33,597 bases of DNA from a virus (Duplodnaviria; Caudoviricetes), in IMG/VR virus record IMGVR_UViG_3300020043_005122, positions 1 through 33,597 of that record; one strand, 5' to 3'. Under the pieces are notes generated by a model. That model was given only the letters and a program-made list of their open reading frames with translations. It had not been told where the DNA came from and searched no databases. Shown piece after piece: positions 15,899 through 23,694 of the stretch. Numbering within the stretch: position 1 is the first letter of the stretch; each line of letters opens with the position of its first letter. The position numbers were made by a program, and so were the translations under genes.

Positions 15899-16804
15899 TT
15901 ACAATTACAAGAAGCTGGTAAAGGTTTAGGCGATGGATTAGAACCGCCAGACCCTAAAAAAATAATTGAGCAAATAGGTGAAGTAGTAACGGGTATTTCC
16001 GATAATGTTTTCAATGTTCTAAACGCACAAGTGCAAGCATACATCGAAGGGCTTGATAAGGCAATAGATAAAAGCAAATCGGCATTGGATGAAATACGCG
16101 CGAATAGTGAAAACTACAATGCAAGGCAATTAGAAATTGAAAAGGAACGCTTAGAAAAATTGGAAGCTGAACGGGCGCGTGCTGTTGAACGTGAAAAGAC
16201 TTTAGCGCAGGTTCAGTTAGCAATCAATGCGGCTATTGCCATTTCAAAGGCTGCGGCTGAAGGCGGCGCTGCTGCACCGATTACAATAGCACTTACACTT
16301 GCTTCGCTTATTGCAGGTTTAGCACAAGCGCGTGTAGCTGCTGGCAATGCGTTCTTTCATGGTGTTGAATACTTAGAACGTGGCAAAAATAAACCAGGGC
16401 GTGACACAATCCCTGCAATGCTTAACGAAGGCGAGCGCGTAATAACAACCGATACAAACGATAGGTATTGGGATGTATTGACCGCTGTACACAATAACAG
16501 AATCCCTGCCGATGTACTTAATACATTTTCAAAAGCATATCAGCAAGGCGGCATTAAAAGCGCTTTAGGTGCATTTGGCGATAACGTTAGTCTTAGTTCA
16601 GAGTTAGGGCAAAAATCTATATTTGTAAACGTGGCTCAAACATACGGCGGTCTTGAAAATAGATTAGAACGTATTGAAAATGTTTTAACTGAATTGCCTA
16701 AGTACATGCCACGAACTACAGTTAGCGCCAACGCAAATGGGATTTTTAGAATTGTAGAACAAAGACAAGCGCGTAAAAACTTTTCAAAGAATTGGTCAAA
16801 ATAA
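15899..16804 (+). CDS. Tape measure protein, C-terminal part (301 aa from the junction)
   Basis: Same frame as 13640..15340 and open from 15866, well upstream of GTG 16031. Ala-rich hydrophobic helices and a TMP-type motif FFHG...GRDTIPAMLNEGERVI. Confidence 0.85.
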   Translation, partial: LQLQEAGKGLGDGLEPPDPKKIIEQIGEVVTGISDNVFNVLNAQVQAYIEGLDKAIDKSKSALDEIRANSENYNARQLEIEKERLEKLEAERARAVEREKTLAQVQLAINAAIAISKAAAEGGAAAPITIALTLASLIAGLAQARVAAGNAFFHGVEYLERGKNKPGRDTIPAMLNEGERVITTDTNDRYWDVLTAVHNNRIPADVLNTFSKAYQQGGIKSALGAFGDNVSLSSELGQKSIFVNVAQTYGGLENRLERIENVLTELPKYMPRTTVSANANGIFRIVEQRQARKNFSKNWSK

Positions 16805-16832
16805 CATCTAATTGTATAAATATTTAAACACT

Positions 16833-16958
16833 ATGCCACTAATCAAATGCTTACCAGGCGATAATAAATGTATTTCGCAAAACATTAGAACACTAATATC
16901 TGAAGGCAAACCGCAGGAACAAGCCGTTGCCATCGCTTTAAACTTGGTTAAAAAATGA
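16833..16958 (+). CDS. Small phage protein (41 aa), not in the ORF track
   Basis: MPLIKCLPGDNKCISQNIRTLISEGKPQEQAVAIALNLVKK*; TGA overlaps the next ATG. Confidence 0.75.
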   Translation: MPLIKCLPGDNKCISQNIRTLISEGKPQEQAVAIALNLVKK

Positions 16959-17284
16959 AATACCTAATAGCCATTGTTATAGTGCTAACATCTTTACTGC
17001 TATACATTACGATAGATAATAGCAATAAGCTGCACAAAGAGATACAGAAAAACGAACAAAGAACGCGTGACAGTTTGTCCCAAATATTGATTAAATTTGT
17101 GACAAAATCAGATAGCCTTCAAGCGCATATAGATACGATGCAATCGGCATTAGACAAACAAATAAAACACTTTAGATATGACTTACACAGAATTAAGATT
17201 ATTCAAATACCGAGTGTTAATTATAGCAACGTTACTGACACTTTGCTCATTAGTCGCCTCTTGTCAAATTACAAAGGTAGATAA
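16955..17284 (+). CDS. Membrane-anchored coiled-coil protein (i-spanin/Rz-like)
   Basis: N-terminal TM helix followed by a helical domain; overlaps the downstream lipoprotein-like gene by 107 nt. Confidence 0.55.
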   Translation: MKYLIAIVIVLTSLLLYITIDNSNKLHKEIQKNEQRTRDSLSQILIKFVTKSDSLQAHIDTMQSALDKQIKHFRYDLHRIKIIQIPSVNYSNVTDTLLISRLLSNYKGR

Positions 17285-17624
17285 CGGTTTTTTAATAACC
17301 CGTGACTATGCAGAATTTATCGCCGCGCGTTTTGATTCATTAGAAACTTATAAGAAATACGCTGGCAAATTACAGGAATGCGATAGTATATTATATCAGG
17401 CAGAATCGGTCATATCAGCTATGAAAGTACAATATAATATACATACCGACATGCTGAAATTAAAGGACCAAATGATTCAAAGTTACGAGCGCGGCAACGT
17501 AATATGCAATGACTATGCAAGGCAGTTGAAAAAAGAAAAGCGTATGAAAAAAGTGTGGAAAATAACAACTTACGCGTTTATATCTGTATCTTTGGGATTG
17601 TTAACATATTCGATAGTTAAATGA
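17178..17624 (+). CDS. Putative lipoprotein with C-terminal TM helix (spanin-like)
   Basis: Lipobox-like V-A-S-C29 after a hydrophobic stretch; C-terminal KKVWKITTYAFISVSLGLLTYSIVK. Confidence 0.55.
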   Translation: MTYTELRLFKYRVLIIATLLTLCSLVASCQITKVDNGFLITRDYAEFIAARFDSLETYKKYAGKLQECDSILYQAESVISAMKVQYNIHTDMLKLKDQMIQSYERGNVICNDYARQLKKEKRMKKVWKITTYAFISVSLGLLTYSIVK

Positions 17625-19285
17625 ACGGCTTACTAATATTTTTTGATGGCATACCTCAAGACCTTGATAATTTCAACGGTACTGAATCCGCAAGTTTTGT
17701 TTTTCGCCGTAAAGATGAAGCGGGCGATTCTGCGTTTTCATTTGCCCCTGAATTAACTGTTGTTGGCGATACTTACGAATATGTCAGACAGCAAATAATA
17801 AACGCGCCAAATCCAAATATAGCAGCTATACAGGTTTTAATTTACGATACATGCTGCACTAATCCCGATGGCTCTGACCGCTTATTATTTACGGGTAAGA
17901 TTGAGGGCGGTTCGGTTCGGTGGTGTACGTTCCCGACATGCGAAGCGCAGGTAACGGTGGTAGATAATAGCGTGGATGCCGAAGCTATTAGGTGTTTGAA
18001 GAATCATTTAATATGGGATAGAGTAGATAAAGCAGATGGCAGCGGTTTGTCATTAGGTGAAGATACATTTAGAAAAGCGGGCGAAATTCAATATTGTAAT
18101 GATTTAAGACCACATGCTTTACAAGAAAGTATAATGATTATTGGTATAATATTTTATATTATTATATCACCTTTTGCACTTATAGTTACAATTTTAAATC
18201 TTGTAACAACAGGTGATGCTGGTCAATTTTATGCTAATTTAGAAGGATATATAGTAGATTGTAGAAATTTTCATAAAGCGCCATTCATAGATAGTTACAT
18301 GAAAAATCTTTGTAGCATTTGTGGCTTAGGTTTTAGAAGTTCTTTATTTGATGTTGGTGGTTATTATCATGACACAGTTAGGTTAGATGCTGCATATGCT
18401 GAAGGGAGTGAAGGCGTTGGTGGTGTTATAACAAATTATCAAACTAATAAACCCAACTTAAACGGCATTCAGTTCTTAGACGAATTTAAACAATTTAATA
18501 TTGAATGGCGCGTAATCAACGGCGTTTTACAAGTTGAGCGCAAAGACTTTTTTGTAGGCGTTCAATGGTTTAATACTGATAATTTAGCAGATAATCAATT
18601 GCTATCTATTTGTTATGAATCACTTGAAAAGCCACCTGCGGCTTATGCTGAATATATTTATCCAAAAGATATTGATTTAAGTGGTTCAGAAGTAGCGCCA
18701 AAATGGACACAAAGAGTTATAGATTGGAATCCTACAGATAACCCACAACAATCAGGATTATTTAGTAAAAACTTTACTTTTGCATCTGCTTTATTTTTAG
18801 ATGATGCCAATAGAACAACAAGAAGCCCATTAGATAAACCGTTTTATGCTGCATTTTATCCAAATTTAACAATAAGGGGATTGCTTTTAATGGATAAAGG
18901 AATAACAGGTTTTCCTAAATTGATTGATTGTAATTATACAGAACCTTATCCAAATTATTTTAAAGTTAGTGCTAAATTTTTTAATAATGCGAGTAACCCA
19001 AATTTGTTTAATTTTAATACTATTTGGTGGGTATATGAAAATCCAATACCTAATACATCAAGTCAGTTAATAGACACAGCCTACCAAACACTCCTATACA
19101 TAGACGACCCGCGATTAACATCGGTCAAAACGCGCAAAGTTACAATATCTGTAACAGCGGATTGCGACCTACTTACAAGTTTGGATATTGACAAATATGT
19201 AACTACTTCGCAGGGTCAAGTTCAAATTACTGAGATAACCTACGATACAAATAATAATTCATTAACTATAAACGGTTTAATTTAA
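17621..19285 (+). CDS. Putative minor tail protein (tail tip/hub region), 554 aa
   Basis: Large ORF downstream of TMP with beta-rich termini (LLFTGKI, VQITEITYD); function by gene order. Confidence 0.55.
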   Translation: MNGLLIFFDGIPQDLDNFNGTESASFVFRRKDEAGDSAFSFAPELTVVGDTYEYVRQQIINAPNPNIAAIQVLIYDTCCTNPDGSDRLLFTGKIEGGSVRWCTFPTCEAQVTVVDNSVDAEAIRCLKNHLIWDRVDKADGSGLSLGEDTFRKAGEIQYCNDLRPHALQESIMIIGIIFYIIISPFALIVTILNLVTTGDAGQFYANLEGYIVDCRNFHKAPFIDSYMKNLCSICGLGFRSSLFDVGGYYHDTVRLDAAYAEGSEGVGGVITNYQTNKPNLNGIQFLDEFKQFNIEWRVINGVLQVERKDFFVGVQWFNTDNLADNQLLSICYESLEKPPAAYAEYIYPKDIDLSGSEVAPKWTQRVIDWNPTDNPQQSGLFSKNFTFASALFLDDANRTTRSPLDKPFYAAFYPNLTIRGLLLMDKGITGFPKLIDCNYTEPYPNYFKVSAKFFNNASNPNLFNFNTIWWVYENPIPNTSSQLIDTAYQTLLYIDDPRLTSVKTRKVTISVTADCDLLTSLDIDKYVTTSQGQVQITEITYDTNNNSLTINGLI

Positions 19286-21732
19286 TGTCTTATACTTACG
19301 ATACAATACAGATAGACCAAATAGATAGCAGCGGAACGGTATTATATAATGTTGCAACTTTTACAGCATCGACTATACCCGCCGTTCCTATTGAAGGCTT
19401 AGCAATAGGCAATAAAATACGTTTAACACTAACAATTGTTAGCTCAGGCGCTAATAGCTTTTTAAATAAGTTTATTGCTTTTAACCCTGGTTTATATGTT
19501 TTGACAAATCAGCAAAACGCATTTGATTTTGGTTATGTAACTTTAAACCCTTTGAGCGCAACGCCGCAACAGGCTTTTTTAGTAGTCAATAATCCTGCAT
19601 TGCAAAATATCTATTGTGAAATGTCGAGTAATGGCGCACCTTATGACATAGCTACAATAGTATTTGAATTTTACGTTACGAATGATACTACTAATTTTAT
19701 ATTTGGCAATTCAAGCAATACCAATGTCAGTAGGTTTTTAACATCTATTTTAAGCCTGCAGAATAATCAGTTTCAAAGCGTTTACAATACTGCTAAAAAC
19801 TTTGGTATAGCTACACACGTTTTTGATAATTCAGGATTCTCACAAATACCTACTACACCCGTTGGCGGCAATTTCTTAAACTTACCTATTGAGGCACGTT
19901 GGTACAATTCCGACTATTTAGGTTATAGCTTATTGATGCGCTACATTCGTGAACTTGAAATTAGTTCAGCATCACAAGTGGCTGCAAGTTTGCCACTACT
20001 TACCGAGGCTAAAGCAACGGCGGCACAGCCTAATACATCGACTATTCCAAATGCAATATTTACGGTTGCAAATAATCAGTTAGCAATAGGTGAGGCAAAC
20101 AACGTTCGTATCTTATTAAGGGGTGAAGCCTATAACGGTTCTGTTAACAATGACCCTATTTCTGATATTCGCGTTCTATTGTTTAGGGTTGACAATGCCA
20201 CAAACGCTGCTAACTTTGTTTCTGATTTAAGTCTTTCAGATGCTGTTATACCGCAGGCTACCCCTGCAATCGGTCAACTAAACGGCGCTATTTATTCGCC
20301 ATCGGATTGGTTTGAAAATACGCCATTAGCCGATGACATAGAAGTGCAATTTGTAATTGATGGAACGCAGTTAATTCTAAACGGTCAATATTACATAGTA
20401 GTAAATATTCATGATGCGGCAAATCCTGAATATGTAACTTCGCATCTAAGCCCATTATTAACGGCTACCTATACGGCGCCTGCATTGCCTACTATGACAG
20501 GTTATCTAAGTACTTACAATACTGAGTACAGCGGAAACGAATTAACCATTGCACCACATCAAAGAATCAAAGCACGTTTAGAAATTGACAAACTAAGCTA
20601 TGCCACCGCTTTAACTGCTTTAGGCTTAACAGGTACTTTTGATGGAAGCGTTGCGGGCATTATCTGCAAACTTACAAACGTTCCAGGCGTTGTTAATCAA
20701 GTGCAAGGCTATATCCCTGCGAGCCCTGCAATAACTACGGCTGATATGACTATTGTAACTGATACCGTTAACGACCTTGTTTTAGATTGTATATTTAGAA
20801 TAGCTGAAGAATATGCAGGCACATCGACCGAAATAACATGGACCGTTAGCATGAATCAGCCTACTTCAATCAATGGCATTACTCAGTTAACGCAAATAGA
20901 CTTTGTTCAAAAATTAGATGTCGATGTTTTCGAAAATGACGCAATAAGCCCTAACTTATTAGCGGTTCGCTTCTATGATTTAGAAGATTATATTTTAGGA
21001 ATCAAAACCGAAATTATTGACATTTGCGATGCGGACCAAATTGTAGCCGAAGTAGAAAAAGACCCTGCGTTAAATGGTTCTGTTAATTTGATAGCGACCA
21101 TTTACCCTGCAAACGAATTGGGCGATACAAATAATAATGCTATTGAAGAAGAAGCAAGCTGGCAGCCTATAACTATTCAGATGCAACAGTTAGTTAGTGG
21201 AAAACTTGACGATGTCGCGGCATCATTTGATGTTAATGACTTAGCTATTTTTAAAATAAATGTACAGCAATTAACGCAAGGTCAAAGATATTGGGTTACG
21301 GCAATCGCTTATCAGCAAATACCCGATTATTGCCCTATTGGCTTAGTTGCATTAACAAGCACAAATACTTACCGCGTTGTTGGCGTTTTGCCGTTGTGGA
21401 CCATTACAGGCAATCCAACGGCGGTTATAGCTGAAATATTAGCGCATCCCGATTATGTAGGCGGTTTAAATGTTGTTCAAAATAACTTTGTAGATAATGC
21501 TAACAATCCTGTAGGCGTTTTAAGTTACGCGGGCAATGTAGTTACTGCAATTAAAATTAGCGATGTATTTGCAGTTGTTTATTATAGGTTTGTAGTTGAT
21601 GCTGATTTTGACCCAGGCACAGGACCACACACAATAAGACACGAAATTTTAATGCCTGTTCCAATTCCTTTACCTGCATTGCCACCGATTACAAATTTTG
21701 ATAACAACTATAAATGTAGCGATTTAGGATAA
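19285..21732 (+). CDS. Putative minor tail/structural protein, 815 aa
   Basis: Acidic, beta-strand-rich sequence in the tail module; translationally coupled to the previous gene. Confidence 0.55.
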   Translation: MSYTYDTIQIDQIDSSGTVLYNVATFTASTIPAVPIEGLAIGNKIRLTLTIVSSGANSFLNKFIAFNPGLYVLTNQQNAFDFGYVTLNPLSATPQQAFLVVNNPALQNIYCEMSSNGAPYDIATIVFEFYVTNDTTNFIFGNSSNTNVSRFLTSILSLQNNQFQSVYNTAKNFGIATHVFDNSGFSQIPTTPVGGNFLNLPIEARWYNSDYLGYSLLMRYIRELEISSASQVAASLPLLTEAKATAAQPNTSTIPNAIFTVANNQLAIGEANNVRILLRGEAYNGSVNNDPISDIRVLLFRVDNATNAANFVSDLSLSDAVIPQATPAIGQLNGAIYSPSDWFENTPLADDIEVQFVIDGTQLILNGQYYIVVNIHDAANPEYVTSHLSPLLTATYTAPALPTMTGYLSTYNTEYSGNELTIAPHQRIKARLEIDKLSYATALTALGLTGTFDGSVAGIICKLTNVPGVVNQVQGYIPASPAITTADMTIVTDTVNDLVLDCIFRIAEEYAGTSTEITWTVSMNQPTSINGITQLTQIDFVQKLDVDVFENDAISPNLLAVRFYDLEDYILGIKTEIIDICDADQIVAEVEKDPALNGSVNLIATIYPANELGDTNNNAIEEEASWQPITIQMQQLVSGKLDDVAASFDVNDLAIFKINVQQLTQGQRYWVTAIAYQQIPDYCPIGLVALTSTNTYRVVGVLPLWTITGNPTAVIAEILAHPDYVGGLNVVQNNFVDNANNPVGVLSYAGNVVTAIKISDVFAVVYYRFVVDADFDPGTGPHTIRHEILMPVPIPLPALPPITNFDNNYKCSDLG

Positions 21733-21758
21733 AAATATTTTAATTTAATTTTTATTTG

Positions 21759-21766
21759 TATCTTTG
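21759..21766 (+). promoter_or_regulatory. Bacteroidota-type -7 box TATCTTTG
   Basis: TATCTTTGCA, with ATG 21774 beginning 8 nt after the box (near-leaderless transcript). Confidence 0.6.
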
Positions 21767-21773
21767 CAAATAT

Positions 21774-22727
21774 ATGTTACTAAACTATCCGATTACATAC
21801 ACGCCCGAAATTAGTAGGACTTATTCATTTAGGCAGCCCGTACCGATTCGGTATGCTTGCCCTATTTTGCCTGGTAATTTATTGCAGAATTTTAATGATG
21901 CGTGGAACTGTAATCTTTGCGGTTCTGATTTGCCGTTTTATATTCCTTATGTTGAGGGCGATATTATACCGTTTCAAACGCAAGTTACTGACTTATATAA
22001 TCAGCCTAATGATGTTTTGGTATCAGGCTTTTTTACTACTACAAGTACATCGCATTATGTGCAAGTTAGTTTATTTGATTGTTGTGGCAATGAAATTAGT
22101 AAATATATAGATGTATTTTCAGATAGCTACCATGTAGGTCAAAGTCTTGCAACGGGTAGCATTCAAACTTGGTTTGTTAATACGGGTTTATTCCCTGCTG
22201 ATTTGGATTGCTTTAGATTAAGAATTGAATATTTTAAAATAAATCAGATAACTTTAGAACCTGAAACAGATAAGGTTCTTTGGACTGAATACTATAAAGA
22301 AGTTGAAGGCTGCGGAAACTTAAACGATACTTCGCTAATTTATAGCACTTACGCAAATTATGATTGCAACGGTAATTTTTACGGAACTTTGACTAACTAT
22401 TTAGGTTCTAATAATACGCCGTTTTATAATTCGCTTCGCATCTTTGGAACTGTTGAGTTCTTTGGCGATACTGAAGCGATAGTAGAAAATGATAGAAATG
22501 TAGTTATTAGTAAAGATATAACAGAAAATTACGGTATTATTTCGGGCGCTGTGCCACCGTTTTACATTAAGTTACTACAACAAGCTGTGAGAGGCAATTA
22601 TGTAACTGTAGATAACGTGCAGTATCAGAACTTTAGATACGATTCTAAACCCGATGATAACCGAATGTTTTTGTTAGATTTGACATTTGATAAAAGATGT
22701 CGATTAGATAACAAACAATGTAGATGA
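21774..22727 (+). CDS. Putative tail/structural protein (317 aa, Cys-rich)
   Basis: ORF 21756..22727; ATG 21774 is preferred because the TTG start overlaps the promoter box. Confidence 0.55.
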   Translation: MLLNYPITYTPEISRTYSFRQPVPIRYACPILPGNLLQNFNDAWNCNLCGSDLPFYIPYVEGDIIPFQTQVTDLYNQPNDVLVSGFFTTTSTSHYVQVSLFDCCGNEISKYIDVFSDSYHVGQSLATGSIQTWFVNTGLFPADLDCFRLRIEYFKINQITLEPETDKVLWTEYYKEVEGCGNLNDTSLIYSTYANYDCNGNFYGTLTNYLGSNNTPFYNSLRIFGTVEFFGDTEAIVENDRNVVISKDITENYGIISGAVPPFYIKLLQQAVRGNYVTVDNVQYQNFRYDSKPDDNRMFLLDLTFDKRCRLDNKQCR

Positions 22728-22765
22728 GGTCGTGATTCATTTACAAATATTTAAAAACAAAAAAC

Positions 22766-23635
22766 ATGAATAATATTTCTTTCATAAATGGGTTTTTGGG
22801 CGCGTTTGGCGTTTGCCCGCCTTGCATAGATGATAGCAACGCTCCTAACTATCTTTGCGACCCGTGCGATTCAACTGTATATTCAGGTGGTATCGCTGGT
22901 TGGTTTGCAAAAAAATGTAACTACGAATTTGATGATATTACAGATTCTACTGAGTGGGAAACTGCAATAGCTAACAAAGACGTATTTGGTCGCGTAAACG
23001 GTAGCCGTATTAGCGGTGGTTTGCCTGCACCTGAATTTACTACTAAAAAACGTGGTAGTTGCGGTCAAGAAGAAGTAGTAAAACAGTCGCGTGTTGTTTC
23101 ACTTACCGATGCTGAAAATGACCTTACATTTACTATTGATTCGCTTTATAATTTCCTTTCAAATCCTGCTAAAGCTGCGGGTTATGAATTTGGTTTTGTA
23201 ACTTGCGATGGTAGATTCTTAGGTTGGTATTCAAACGTTACAGTTCGCCCGTTCTATCAGATTGCTGAAACTGATGAGGATGATGCTTATTGGACTGTTG
23301 AATTTAGATACAATGAACAATTAGGTACATTTAGCCAATTGTCTTTAGACTTCTTGCTAACATTGCCTTATAACTCATGCTGGGTAACTGCTATTACTGT
23401 AATTGGTTCTACTGTTGCCGATGGTGCTACATTGCAAATGGTTGCAAACGTTTCACCTGTTAACGCTACAGATGCCAGTGTTACATGGTCTGTTGTAAAT
23501 GGTACTGGTACTGCTACTATTAACAGTTCAACAGGTTTGCTTACTGCTACAAGTGCAGGCGATGTATTAGTAATCGCAACTGCTAATGATGCTTCGGGCA
23601 TTTCAGGTTCTGCTACTGTTACAATTACTCCATAG
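22766..23635 (+). CDS. Major tail (tube) protein with C-terminal Ig-like Big_2 domain
   Basis: ~200-aa beta-rich tube-like domain plus VTAITV...GATLQM.A.VSP.NATD.SVTWS...ATI....GLLTA..AG.V.V.ATA.D (Big_2 pattern); followed by a hairpin. Confidence 0.8.
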   Translation: MNNISFINGFLGAFGVCPPCIDDSNAPNYLCDPCDSTVYSGGIAGWFAKKCNYEFDDITDSTEWETAIANKDVFGRVNGSRISGGLPAPEFTTKKRGSCGQEEVVKQSRVVSLTDAENDLTFTIDSLYNFLSNPAKAAGYEFGFVTCDGRFLGWYSNVTVRPFYQIAETDEDDAYWTVEFRYNEQLGTFSQLSLDFLLTLPYNSCWVTAITVIGSTVADGATLQMVANVSPVNATDASVTWSVVNGTGTATINSSTGLLTATSAGDVLVIATANDASGISGSATVTITP

Positions 23636-23650
23636 TTAGATAGTTTTTTC

Positions 23651-23681
23651 AGGGCGGTTATTTAATGTAGCCGCCCTATTT
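23651..23681 (+). terminator. GC-rich hairpin after the major tail gene (weak U-tract)
   Basis: AGGGCGGTTAT-TTAAT-GTAGCCGCCCT. Confidence 0.6.
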
Positions 23682-23694
23682 AAAATCAAATAGA

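Larger units (their letters stand above)
15333..15899 (+). mobile_element. 561-bp two-gene insertion in the tape measure gene, bounded by TAAAAT direct repeats
   Basis: TAAAAT at 15333-38 and 15894-99 (561 nt apart, a multiple of 3). Removal rejoins both TMP halves in frame. No recombinase or transposase is encoded inside, so mobility is inferred. Confidence 0.55.
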
